Shown: positions 11,750 through 25,018, numbered from the whole stretch's first letter. The stretch: 63,458 nt of DNA, filler included, from Choristocarpus tenellus KU-1152 (GCA_964200185.2; 10 parts of 10 records of this genome joined end to end with filler, not necessarily neighbours in it), one strand, 5' to 3'. Numbers and translations are program-made. The notes: generated by a model not told the origin, from the letters alone.

Positions 11750-12700
11750 GTGTCCCCCAAGCCTTTCGTTTTCTCGCAAGAAGAACAGGGTGGACTTCAT
11801 CCTTGACCGGATCTCCTGCAACCGCCAAACCAACAGGATCGGCATCAACACCATTCACATGAACGAGGAGTGGTTCTACCTCATCCACAAATGAGACATG
11901 GTGCGCATGTTCCCGGGGAAGAAAAAGCTGGGCTCGACAAAGGTGCCGCAGAAGAGTCACACACCCAAAGTGATGTTCATCTCCGCCGTTTCACGCCTGG
12001 ATCCGAGTGAAAGTATGTTAGAGGATATGAGTTTTTCCCTGTTTGTCTGTTTGGGGCTTGACTTTCCACGGGTTTTTTATGTCATTTTCCTACTCTGAAA
12101 TGTTTACTGTATAGGTTTGGAGTAGATATCATTTATATGTCCAGAACAAGGATATTGACACTTCCTAACCAACACGATAGCCAAAATTACATCAAAATCG
12201 CAACATTGGATTTTGGCTCCCAAATGGACGCGGCTCTATCCTCTAAGATACTTCAACTCATCCTTCCCATGATTCTGACGGCAAGATCAAGATCCGGCGG
12301 GTTTGTATCACGAAGAAGGTCAGCGAACTACAGCACGGCACACAAAGGGCTAGGAGTGCCAAGTGATACCTGGAGTGGTACACGGAACAGCTGTTGCCAG
12401 CGATCAAGGAAAAAATACCGTGCCTGGAATCGGGAGGGGCCTCCATACAGCAAGCCAACGTGATCCCACATACGGGCAAGGGCATGGTGCAGAAGTTAAA
12501 CCCAGCAGAAATGGAGAGGAGGGATGGAACATTAAGCTCGTGATCCAGCCAGCACAGTCACCGGATCTCAACATCAATGATTTGGGGTTTTTTCATCTCT
12601 GAGGAGTAGGGTTCCAGCATGTTACACAGGCACACAACACGGACACGCTTGAGAGGATGTGGCAGAGTCCGTTAAAGAGGTACAATAAGGTGTTAAGGGC
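11750..12700 (+). pseudogene. Tc1/mariner DD39D-type transposase relic, interrupted by a MITE
   Basis: Motifs appear in the expected order: IHMNEEWFYL (~VHVDEKWFYL), KSHTPKVMFISAVSR, DGKI, IQQANVIPH (~VQQDNAxPH), WNIKLVIQPAQSPDLNINDLGFF. The region carries frameshifts. Confidence 0.9.
12005..12259 (-). mobile_element. MITE family A, full copy with ATCC TSD, inside the mariner transposase
   Basis: ATCC at 12001-12004 and 12260-12263. Removing the element plus one TSD restores in-frame AVSRLDPSHDSDGKI. Confidence 0.92.
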
Positions 12701-14111
12701 GCTGGGGGACGCTTTCAAGGTAGAGTACACCGGGACCAAAAACGGCAACTGGAGGGCGGGTTGGCTGGATCAGTCGAAGTAGACCAAGCAGATCCGCAGC
12801 AGCCCTGGATTGGTGGGTTGATGGTGTTGAATAAAGGCGAGACATAGTTTTTTAAGTAAAATTTTCGGCGGAATTCAATGCAAAGGTTCGTTTTGTAATC
12901 GAAGGCGATCCCGAAGGGATACAACTTAACAGCCCAGACCTATGGCACAGAGTGAGTATAAACAGCACAAAGTCACACCTGATTATTGCAAAAGGGTGGA
13001 AAACACAAAGAGAGAGGTGAGGCCTTCGTGTTGGTGAATTCATGTTTGTAAAGCCCTGCAAAAGTGTCTCCATGCAAGCATTTTAAAAGAGCAGTATGCA
13101 CAACCATCAGTTCCTACCTATACTCTGAACGAGTATGTACATATTCCACATTGCAAACAGTGGCAAAGAGTCGTTACTATGAAGGGCTTCCCAGCTATTG
13201 TCGTAGATCATATTTGAGCTTCCTGTTCTCGCTCATGACTACAGTGCACTAGGACACCAAGCAAGTAGTACCCCGACGATTCTATCTGACAGTATGAATT
13301 TACCCAAGGTATGGAATCCAATGGTGCAAGTGGGAAGCCTTATCCCTAGTATCAAACTAGACCAAAAAGATATCGGGCCAACATTGTTGAGGTTAAGACA
13401 GAGATTCCCACCAACCAGATATTGAGAAATCACCAAGCAGTATATGTTATACGATCAGTATATACACTAATGACGCTATACATGAAATACTCCATACCAT
13501 CATCAGGTTCTTTCACAATCATACCATTTCGCTGGCGTCAACAATTTATGTTTGGTACCCTGGACCTACCACATGTGCACTGTATCTTCACAAATGAAAG
13601 CAACCCCACCTACAAAGCAAAAAAATTGCAGGTGTGTGCAAACACTCGTCTCCTGATATATGAGCAATCTATCTGCTACAGCCACAGCCTCCTGATAGGG
13701 GTTAGTTGCATTCAGGTATGGGAATGAGGGTATCAGGCAAATAGATTTTCTTGCCTATTACATATAATGAAAGGGCCTAAGTTGACCCCCCTCTTAGAAC
13801 AGGGTTACAACTTAATCCACTGCATGTTATGACCACAGGCTAAAACGTTGGTGGTGTATGTCATACTACATGAACCTCTAGTGGTAAACATTGTTGTGTC
13901 CTTCCACTCGACCAGATAAGTTTTTTGTGCTCGGAAATCGGGATTTGGGGGATTTTGCGTGGCCTACGCGAAAAACGCTCCATATCTTCAACAACAGTAC
14001 TCTGGAGGTTGCAGGACAAACGGATTTCCTTTGACATATTGTAACATTCAGGATGTTATACACAAGTGTCACTGTGACATGTTTCCTTTCCCTTAATCCT
14101 AACACTTACTA

Positions 14112-14369
14112 GAGCCAAAGTATCTTAGAGGGTAGAGCCGCGTCCTTTTGGGGACCAAAATCCAATGTTGCGATTTTGATGTAATTTGGCTTTCGTGTTT
14201 GTTAGGAAGTATAAATATCTTTGTTTTGGACACACCTTTCCATAATGTATACATTTTACCTACTCCTAAACATCTTGGAGTAGGAAAATGTAATAAAAAA
14301 ACCCATGGGAAGCCAAGCCCCGAATGGACAAACAGGGCAAAACTCGTACCCTCTGAGATACTTTCACTC
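14112..14369 (+). mobile_element. MITE family A, full copy
   Basis: GAGCCAAAGTATCTTAGAGGGTA...TACCCTCTGAGATACTTTCACTC with an internal palindrome at about 14251-14291. No clean 4-bp TSD (ACTA/CTAT). Confidence 0.9.
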
Positions 14370-15182
14370 CTATTGCTTTTGCTGTTGCAGATATTACCAT
14401 CTGCATTTTCCGATATTTTTTAATTATGAACTTAACATGACTCTAGATATGGTAATTGTGCAAAATGAACCCCTACGTATTACTTGTAATGCGGCATGGT
14501 GAGTGGGATAGAGCAGTTCACTGCAGGACAATGTATTACAGGCAATGGTTTCGTATGACTGTTTCATAAACACCTTATTTTGAACTTGAGGTCCGAAGAT
14601 CATGTTGGACTCATAGATGGACTCCTTTTATTCAAGTGTTTATTTCATCCCAGATCAGCCCCTTTCTAAAGTCCAATGGTTTAAATCATGTAAATTTAAA
14701 GAATAATCGAAGTCAGTGATGCACAACACTGACTGTCAATCAAGGAGTCGTCTTCTACCTGCATTCTTTCATTAGTGGGCATCCCAACTTAGTGTGTTAA
14801 CTCAGCACTGTGACATGGAGGTCTAATGAAGCATCTACAGGTTTTCACCACCAAACTGGTGGTAGTAGGTTCAACATGCTCGTCATCATCATCATCAAAG
14901 AGCCTTTTTGTCGCTATCAGCCTCTCGGGCGTGCGCATTGAAATTTGATTGACTTCTGTATAGTATCTGAAGCTGGTGACAATTTGGAACGAGTTTAAGC
15001 TTCTCTGCCTTCTACGGTATCTAGGTTGCCAGATTGCCACACTAAAAGTAATAGTTCAGGGATCAAAGTATCTTAGGGGGGGNNNNNNNNNNNNNNNNNN
15101 NNNNNNNNNNNNNNNNNNNNNNNNNNTTAATTAATTAANNNNNNNNNNNNNNNNNNNNNNNNNNNNNNNNNNNNNNNNNNNN

Positions 15183-17538
15183 CCCGCTGCCTCCCTCCTC
15201 CTCCTCCTCCTCCACCTCCCCCTTCCTCTGCCCCTCCTGCTCCAGCTCCCTTGTCAACCCTTCCCCCAGACTCCATCATGCGTATCACTTGTGTCTCAAC
15301 CTTGCTTACCTGTGGCATACATGAGAGCAGCAGCAGTGGCGGCGGTTGGGCGGGCAGGCGGGTGGGTGGGTGGGTGGGTGGGTGGGATAGGGTGGGATAG
15401 GTTGGGTATAGAGTTGATTGTAGTCAGATCTCCAAGGTGGAAAGTCAGATGTCAAAAAAGAACTCTGGCAATTAAGAAACAAATGCAATAATGAAAAGTG
15501 TTGCGAAGACAGTGGTATCAAAAGGAGTGGGAGTAGGTATCAACCTCTCCTTGTCAGCACTATACAAGGTCGAGGGCAACAAATGGGCACAAAGGAACAA
15601 TTGCAAATTTCTTTTTTCAGCAACCACAAAAAAAAGGTGTGTGTGTGTGTGTGTATCCCACCTCAGCTCGGTCGTGTGTTGATGGGTGCCTAGCCTTGAG
15701 GAATCGTCTCCGCACAATGTTCTTGGTTGGGGGAGTGATACCATCAGAGTAGTAACCCCATGGACCCATAGAGCAGTTTGGCTCATCCTTGGTGAATGCC
15801 CTCTCGTCCTACCAAAGGTGGACAGGTGTTGCTGAGGTTACCTAACATCAAGGTTAGTGTTAGGGCTAAGAATAAGGTTACACTTTTTATTGTTAGCTGT
15901 AAGTAACAAATTGCATAATTATTGTTTCATCAGTTCACCCCAAGGGCATGGCCAGGACAAAAGGATGGGCAGACACCCCAGCCCACTCCACTTCCAACCT
16001 GTGGTCGCTTCAGTCATACAGGGACCAGAGGTACGATTGGTCCTGTAATAGTGAGATGCTTACCTTCTCCCTATCGCTATGAAGCCATACAATACAATAT
16101 TCTTAGAACTGATAACTCTTTAATAAGTAATACAGTTAGCGGGTGCTAAGATCTCAAATTTGCAAAGACTTCCTCATGTTCACATTCGTATATTTCAAGA
16201 GCTGTTGTGCTTATAGTGTACAACAAGGTTAGCAACAACAATGATGCACTAGCCATCAACGGTAAACAGGGACCAGAGGAGGGAGGTCACGTCTAGCTGC
16301 ACTCTCTACTGTACAAGATAGAAAAGGCACTCGAAGAAACAGGTGATGTGAGAACAACTTCAGTGGAAGGGAAAGGTCCACTTCTCAAGGGCAAGCAAAG
16401 CGTCACAGACAATATACACTGTTTCCTCCCATCTCTGTTGGCATATTGTAATCTATGTCCTAACCTGAAGCTAATCCGAACTCCAAACACTAGGTCCAAC
16501 CCTTCTCAGTCAAAGATGAATCTACCTCACAAGTCATTTCCAATGCGATTTGCTCCTCCTCCCCCCACCTCGTACACAATAAGCATCTGGCCCACATCCC
16601 CACTCTTGAAGTATGTGTTGCGATCAAGTGTTTTCTGTGTTTCTAGAATGCAGGGCAGGTCTACCAGACGTGCAGGATATGTCTCCCCATCCATTGTAAA
16701 CGAGAACCTGGCGGAATATGGTGAATAAATTCAGTATATGTACAGAGGGTGGGAGATACGCCCGTAAGTTTTCTACCCCCGGAATATAACACAAGTACAG
16801 AGTAGCATACTAGGTCTGGGTTATCGTTAAGGCTAGACTAGGGTGTAAGGCTTAGAGACAAGGCCTCGAAACTATTACAGCGATTCCTGGTGATGTTCTC
16901 CATCAATACTGCTTACTATAGTGTGTCCACCTGCAGATGAGTGAGACAACAAGTCGATTTTAAAGTAGCAACCCAAGCACGAAGAAAGGTGCTCGCCAAC
17001 GCCCCTTTGTTCCTTCATCGGTCACACGCACGTGAGTACATTTCCTCTCCGAAGATCAACCAACTTGGACAAGGCTGCAAACCCATTCCGCTCACCAGCG
17101 CAAGTATGTGCCACCATCACTAGTGCAAATGTCAGCTACCTCATTCCTCTTAATTCACAGGGAAGCTTGAGCGAATCCTTCCACACTCTCTACCATTTAC
17201 ATCAGCTGGCAAACTCCCATCAACGCCTGCCTTTCTAACCCCCATAGACAAGTTCAAACGATTCCTAAGGGCATACTTTCCATTTTCCTTACCTACTCGT
17301 GCACGCACGCACGCACGTACAAGCACACATACACACATACACACATCTGCACTCCCATTCACCCCATCGCAAATCGCGGTAACAACTTAGATCCTCCTAG
17401 GTCATGGCACCTTGTGCTGCCTTTCTCAACAGGAGCAAAATCGACGTTCTCTAGGTTCTCTTTCTTCAAGCTGTCTCGCATCTTCTGCTTGAGTCCATCT
17501 GGGAGGCGCAGGATGAGCTGGCGATAGGTGTTGGACAT
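15183..17538 (-). CDS. TAF7: TFIID subunit TAF7 (TAFII55 N-terminal domain), 3'-truncated at the linker
   Basis: Exons 17538-17411, 16707-16569, 15808-15662 and 15309-<15183 are all GT-AG and in phase: MSNTYRQLILRLPDGL...|FSFTMDGETYPARLVDLPCILETQKTLDRNTYFKSGDVGQMLIVYE|...DGITPPTKNIVRRRFLK...|VSKVETQVIRMM. These are diagnostic TAF7 motifs. Confidence 0.93.
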
Positions 17539-17799
17539 GGTGAACAACAGGACTCACTGCCTCCTTAACAAGGAAAAGGCAAACCTACTTATACCCACCA
17601 CAGCAAGAATGTTTTTTCTTCCCTGATCTTCCTCATCGAACAAAAAATGTTGTCTTGTGCCGTTAAAATATACCTCTATTCCTCACCCATCAACTTCCTC
17701 ACCCATCAACTTCCTCGATACACAGAAGTCAAGCCTATCCTTCTTAACTGCCTTTTTGTACTGTATTCAATTGTGTTATTCTGGGGTGTTTGAGATTGG

Positions 17800-19400
17800 C
17801 TTCCGAAAGGTGTGGAAAACATTTTTGAACGCGATCAGAGAGGTTTTGTCGATGAAGGTAACATCCATCATCGTCCACGTTTGCAATGAGTGTGGTCCCC
17901 CTGAATCTCATCCGCCAGTATGCCGGGAAGGAGGCGACAGCTACAAGCTTCAGGGGTCTGATTCATCATGGAAAGCGACCAAGAGATGGCTTCGTCGCCC
18001 GAAACCTTCAGAACGAGGTATTCCACTACATCTTCCATGACCTCTCGGTTTGTATGTGTTGTTTCCATACCTCCAAGGGTCCGGATCTTTTTCTTCAGGT
18101 CTTCTTACGTATTTTTAGTCGTATGATCCTTGCTTATGTGTAGATTGTTGGCGCTCATATTGGTAGTAATCCGTGCACAGGGTGTATATGCCCCGCTGAC
18201 GGGCGTTGCATTTTTGTGATGGCTGACCTGCCGATTATGATATTGCCTCCCCCGTCTCTATCGTAATTATTTTTCTATGGAAGCTTTGTATTCGTCTCGG
18301 TCAACAGGTGCAAAGGATCGAGAAGTTTCCACAACAGTCCCACCACCTAAAGCGACTCCTGAGGGTGCACACGGATACCTTCCAGGTACGGCTTTCGTCG
18401 TCCTTGCATTTCCTTCTCCTGGGATTTTGGAGATTTCAGCTTGCTTGCAGGGAAAGCCTTTTATTAATGGGTATTCTCAATTGAGAGTATTGTTCGGGCT
18501 GCGCACCCAATCAGTTCAGGGAGATGAATACAACGTCAGCTAAACATTCGACTTCTGACAGTGCTGTCCAATCGGTATTGTGTGAGCACCACCTATTATC
18601 TATTATGTAGGAGAAAGGAAAGGAGTTGTATTTTTTCATAGAGCCATGTCTCGAGAATGGTACATTCATAACCTTTAGTTAAGCAATGCACCTCCCGAAT
18701 TGATTTTCCAAGCAATATCTGGGAGACCACTACCTTTTACTGCACCTTCTGTGTGAAGGTAACAGAGTGGTGAAGTCCTGTCGTGAATTAGTGATTTCTT
18801 CTCAAGCTTGCACCTTTAATCCCTAACCTGTATTCTACGCCTGATATACTGGTATTAGATCCCTTTTTTTCTATCTTCAATGGAATTTCTACCACTTGCT
18901 GTGCGTCATGCCCAGTTAATCTATGAGGGTCCCATTGAAAACCTCGCGGACTATTTGCGTATTCGATGAGTTCTCATTAGCAACTCGGCCCCACTTGGTG
19001 TCCCTTTGCCAGGAAGCTCAGAGTGGTGGCATCAAGATACTGCATTATGGCGATGTAACTTAATTTTGTTTGGAGGCTATGTGTAAACATTCTAGGACGA
19101 CAAGTACCTCCCAGTGTAGTGTCTATAAATCAGTATCCATGTGGTGCAATGCTATGTCAAGGTACTTGGCCGCGTCTTATCGCCACTGGTCCGAACATTA
19201 TGTTTAAGGTTTTAAGCAATGCTGTTGCAAATGACAACCTTTCTCCTATGATATCAATCAGACAACCAATGGTGCACACATTCAGGGCATCTCCTATTCC
19301 CACATTCTTCTGTCCAAATGCCTCCCCACACATCGACAAAGCTCAAGCAAAACAACCACCCTTCCTCATACATACACTCATGCGACCCACAATCCACTTA
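17800..19400 (-). mobile_element. Probable highly decayed non-LTR (RTE-like LINE) reverse transcriptase relic
   Basis: Ordered, weak resemblance to RT blocks: IGCLIDIIGERLS, KTLNIMF, LHWEVLVVL (~LWxVL) near 19110, and SAGHIHPVHGLLP (~WAGHVxRM..RLP) near 18190. Many stops; judged by eye only. Confidence 0.35.
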
Positions 19401-20080
19401 CCCATATCGCTGCCTGTCTGTGCATGTGTTGCATCCTCCAGGAGCTTCAGGACATCAGTAGGGTTGCACATAGAATATCATACACCTCCAGGCTAGATTC
19501 CCTCCAACACCAGAACTGTGACCCACTCGATGAGTTCCGTCGCTGTATTGATGGGGTCAACAACCGACATGCGGCCAATGTGGTGAGGGTACAAGTACCC
19601 TAATGATGTCATTGGGAATGAGATTTGAGACATGAGAAGGGATTTTGCACCCTCTATGTAACTCTTCCGGTTTTTTTTTGCAAAGTATTATGAAGGGCCT
19701 GTCAGTTGATCGTACTCGAGGCGCTTCTTCCATTTATTTTTTTTAAAAACCACATTAAGATAATATTGTTGTTTTGGGGTAACCACTAAACATAAAATAG
19801 TTGCAGTGCCCTGATATTTTTCTTAAGGAGGGAAGAGTGTTGAAATGTGGCAGAAAGACCGAGGTATGTGGCATATTGGAGATATACCTTTTTGATGCAA
19901 AGGCTATTGCTGTTAGTACACGCAAGGATCCCTCAGTCCTGTTGAGCAGGCACGCAACCCACCCAATGGGACGTCACACCTTGATTGTGCACACTCTTGA
20001 TTGTGGTGGTTGGTCACGCACTCGATGAGGGCCGCTTAAAACTTGCTTCAGATTAGGGGGGGCAAGTGCACATTGTACAG

Positions 20081-21412
20081 CTAACCCCCAACCCTAACCC
20101 TAATCTGAAGCACCGCGGCAACGCCAACTGTGATAAAGATGGGATCGACGAGTTGGGGCTGTTCAGGGCGTCGAAGCAGCTCACGTTCCATGAAGAGTCT
20201 GACTGTCACCACTGCTCTTCTCCTGCAGCCCTTTGTGTTGGGCAGGTGGTGTAGAGGCAGAGACAGTTGAGGGTTGATGTCCTTGTTCCTTAACCAGGAG
20301 GAGACCGGATATGGCAAAGTGTTGAGGGGATGTAGCTTACCAAATTCCTTTTTTTTTCTGTGAGGAGATCCTCTGTTGCCATTCCACGCGCCGGTTTGTC
20401 CCATGGAAGGAGGGAGTCACTTCCATCATGACGGACTGTGGTAACAGGAACCGCGATGGGGATTTTGTTGTATTTGGGTACATGGTGTAAGAAGCTCGCC
20501 CGTTGTTCTTAGTGTGTTGATGGCAGCTGAATTGAGGTGAGGAGAAGGTGGTGACGTTTTTCAAGGAGAAGAATGACTATTTTTGAAGGGTGGAGGGGGA
20601 CTGTTGTTTTTGTCCTCATTTGTGGGATACATTCAATCAGTTTCAGTTTTTTTTCTTGTTTCTGTGGTGTGTGGCAGAACCCTAACCCTAGCTGTAACAA
20701 GCGGTTCTATTTTAATGATTGCCATAAGCTTAATTTATTTATCGTAGTAATAGTACTGTTTGTGTGCATTGATATGGACGCTTTATATTATCCATGCAAG
20801 TTTTTGGATTTGTCCATAATATCATACAAATTGTTATTAATAATAGTAGTGGTAATAGGGTTAGGTTATCAACATCAATTTTACTGTTTGTACTGCAGTA
20901 GTTGTACAGTTTGTTGGGGTTAGAGTATCAATATGCAATGTTACTATTGTTCTTACTAATAAGTGGTGGCAGTACAGAGTGTCAGGGTTAGGGTATCGTC
21001 ATCAGTATATTTATTACTGTTATTACTAACATAATAGCAGTACTGCACTTAGTTGGGGTTAGGTTATCGATGTACTTGCTTCGAGGTTTTATGTGTGGGT
21101 GTGGAAAGAGTACCCGTAACCCTAACCCCAACACCAGACAAAACAGCTCGTACACTATCAATGCGGCCTGAAGGCACTTTCCATTTCACTGTTCATAGTA
21201 GCAATAATGATAGGGCTAGGGTTAGGACTAGGTGCATCACTCACACTGCAAGGAAAGGTCACACCCCTTCCTTTGCTGCAAATAGAATGCACAAAACCTT
21301 TGATAGTAGTGAATGTTTTGTGTTGTGTGTAACTGTAGTGTACACAGTGATGTGATTTTTTCCTTGCATTTTTTTTTTCTTGCCATTCTTTTGTACTTAG
21401 GGTTAGGGTTAT
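20081..21412. repeat. Cluster of short TTAGGG/CCCTAA telomere-like motifs in both orientations
   Basis: Motifs at about 20081-20103, 20678-20690, 20857, 20983, 21118, 21211-21232 and 21397-21411. Confidence 0.65.
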
Positions 21413-23044
21413 CTAAAGGCTTATTTAGGTTAATTTGCTGTCTCATTTCCTCTCCATCTGTTGGCTTTGGGTTTGGAACCCCTCAGCCTGTAGTGTCAAG
21501 AATAATGATAAAGTAGATGGTAATACTGATGTGTTTGCTGCAGAAGAACTCGGAATGCTATGCCTCAGGTGCCCATTTTAGGTGCAAAATACTGCATAAG
21601 GCTTGGACAGGTGCAGTCATGTGTGACAGGTGCAACCATACAAGCACGTGCTCGGGGAAAATACTGAGTCGTTTGGGTTGGTCCTTGCCATTCAAATGCC
21701 CTTTTTTTTAATATATATTTTTTACGTTTTTTTTTTTCACGTCACGTGCGCACTAGGTGGCTTCTGCTCCTCTCCAGNNNNNNNNNNNNNNNNNNNNNNN
21801 NNNNNNNNNNNNNNNNNNNNNTTAATTAATTAANNNNNNNNNNNNNNNNNNNNNNNNNNNNNNNNNNNNNNNNNNNNGCTCAAAGTACCATGTAGCAGGT
21901 GGGGCGTGTGGGAGATCATGGTAGTCCATCCTGCAGTTGCGGCAGCACAGGTTGAATACAGGTGCTGACCAAGACCAGGAACCAGGAACCAGCAGTACAT
22001 TGAAAGACGAACTTGCAGACGATGTATGGGGGAGTTGTAGGAGCCCAGTAAAGATGGCCTGCCGGTTGGCAATGAGTTTTCGGTCCCGATGCCGGAAACG
22101 GTGATGGATGTGTGAAAGGTGTGTGATGTGGGTTAGGAAATGGTGGGAGTTGTTCATCAGGATGGAGTTGTAAAAATATAGGCTACTCGTTAGATCTGTA
22201 TTGATAAGATGCAACATCGTCAACTCACACTGAATGTTGATTTGTCTATTATACTGGTCACTATTTCCATTCCCATCATTAGCTCATCATCACAACTTAC
22301 TCAACCACTGTAAGAACATCACAGTGCATAGGAAGCAAAGGAACAGTTCTTACTCATCATACACACAGGCATACCATGTGCCACATTAGTTAACTTAGAT
22401 ACGGATTCAACCTTGTCTTCTTGTTTCTTCTTTGATTTTAATTCTTCTTCACAGAAGAGGCTATCAGCTGCATAGCATTTGTTGATTATTATTTTTTACT
22501 TCACTGATATTGCACCCCGTAAGACATCCTTTCACTCTGCAATAGGTATAAGACACACGCTGGGAAGTAATATAAACAGAGTTAAAACCATCCTTCGAAA
22601 TCCTTCTCAGCCAGGGTGACCACCATGTTCACAGATGATGAATTTCTTCATTTGAGAGTCTCCATGGATGACCACACACTTTCTATCAATCATAGTCTGC
22701 TTGAGTAAAACACGCCATAGACGTACCAGTACACATTTTACTTCAACCAAAATCTGATTGAGTAAAACATCCCTTCATATGCACCAGACCGAACCCGCAG
22801 GTGTCTTGTTGCATTATGACACACACCTGTCTCTAAACGTGTTAATCACAGCACAACCGAACATACTTTCACATCAAACATTGTCTGATTGAGTAAAACA
22901 AGCCATCAGACCTACCAGAACAAATTCATCAGTACTTTGTCCCACTACGATGCTCTCCGCCATAAACCAGATACAACACAACAATGCACGGCATATCCCA
23001 ACTGCTCTACTTGGTTCTAGAGCTGGTGCACCTCATTTGATTCA

Positions 23045-23670
23045 TGTTTGATCAGGAGTCGACCATGTGGGCCGTGCAGTCAGAATCGACAATAGAGGAG
23101 GTAAGGGTGGAAATTGTTGGGTTGGTGTAGGTGTGGGGGAGGTGGTTGGTGATGGCGAAAAAGCAGTAGGAAAAATGGCCGTGAGCATCTGAACTCCACC
23201 CATCTGGGGGGGTAGATGTAGTAGTTGAGGTAGTAGCGGTGTGGGGAATGGTGGACGGGGGGGTGAGTGGTTGGGGTGCTGGTGTTGCTGTTGGCACTGT
23301 GCGCAGCATTCTTGATTGGTGTGGGTTGGTATCATGTGGTATGACCACCAGATTCCGTGGGGGTGTGCAGTAGTATAAGTTGGTGGTGGTGGAGCAGTGT
23401 AGACTGGGTGATGGGGACAGTGGCGTGGATGGTGATCAGGCTGGTGACAGAGGTGGCAGGATGGGATTTGGCGGTAAGGGTGACGTTTGGTCGTGTTCCA
23501 TCTGAAGTGTTGTCAGCTAGGTTGAGATCATTGTTGTACGTGAGGCGGATGGCTGATATGAGGGTGTCGGTCGAGTAGTTTAACTGGAAATCGTACTTGG
23601 CTGCGTAGGATGTCGTAGTCCGTGGATAGGTCTGTGAGGAGGGTGACCCGCAGGCGGAAGTCGCCTATTG
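23045..23670 (-). mobile_element. Ty1/copia gag-protease relic
   Basis: Minus strand gives LLTDLSTDYDIL (copia Gag-like), a zinc knuckle CHLCHQPDHHPRHC (CX2CX4HX4C, ~23417-23459), a second motif WWSYHMIPTHTNQEC, then IVDSDCTAHMVD (~copia protease DSGCT.HM). Frameshifted. Confidence 0.8.
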
Positions 23671-25018
23671 TTTCCCCAAAGTCTTATAGTTCCGCCTTGG
23701 CCTGATGAAATCGGAGAAGCCACTGATCAGGATCGTCGCCAGGTTCTGTTACAGCACGCTCCAAAACCCTATCTCCACAGGATGTATAGCTCCAATCCAC
23801 AGGCCTATAGATGACGCTGATGCTCGTACAAGCCTCCCAGGATACTCTGGCAATCAAAAGGTCCAACGAACGTCAGGTCAGCAAATGAACGTACTTTCTC
23901 AATGGATAGCCACTGAATGGTGTCAGTTCATTGTCATAATCAAAAGTGGGTTGTGTGGCACCGAGAAGTCTTTTATTAGCATAATTCACCATTTACTTTG
24001 ATTTACAGGCAGTAAAATACATCTGCAAACTGTTGCATACACACCCAAGTTATAGATCCTACTCTGCAACTCTAGCAAATTGGAGTTCCCCCTTAAGGGG
24101 TTCCCCATGCGTGTATAATGATCGTGCTTGTAACGGCGTGGGAAGAAATACTTGTGCTATTCGCCTGTAACATGCCCCCCAGCGTGAACCAGGTATACAT
24201 GTTTCACTCTTACTGTTACAACGCGCTCCAGAACTTACCTGCACAGGATATGTAGCTCTAATCCAACAACCTTAAAACGACGCTATGGAGGTATTTCCAC
24301 AGTTGATAGTCATGTGCGGGTGTCAGCCACTCTCTTCTCTCGATGCATTAGTTAGTGCTTAGCTCAAAACTTGACATAATGTTCAAATTGAGAAATAGTG
24401 TATCAAGATGTACTTTGGTGGCAGTCAAAGTATTCTTTATTTGCATCATGCGCCCGAATTCCACAGATTACAAATTGAAAGACATCTGCCAGTCGTAGAC
24501 GTACTCAAATTACAAATATTTCCTGCAACTTCTAAGAGATCAGCATTTATTCTGTAAGGTCACCTGTTTGCTACAAATCTTGTACACTGCTCGTGCTTCC
24601 TAGAACACGAGAAGAAATGCTCGCACAATTCGCCTGTAACATTACCACAGGCTATTGTCATGGGTTAAGACAATGCACATCATCCATCACCTCAGACTGT
24701 GCTGCAGCAGCATGTATTGGTTTCCATTTAATGACATAGGGACTCCAGTTCCAAATTTGCCAGTTATTTCCAACACAGACAGGTACTCCAGTTCCAAATT
24801 AACCAGTTGTTTTCAATAATGATCGACATACCTCTTAGTTCCTTTTAAGAATGGATCCCCAAAAGTCAAAGACACAGTCAGAATCAATAAATGTCTGACC
24901 AAATCAGAGTATATACTTCAATTAAAAAAATATATAACTCCGACTAGGACCAAAATAGGCAAAATATATCCTTGTTTTCCTTGGGATAATCTGCCCCAAG
25001 GGTCACAGAATACCATCA

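Noticed and set aside
21880-22230. Possible Penelope-like or other retroelement ORF fragment
   Set aside because: No diagnostic RT or GIY-YIG motif is visible.
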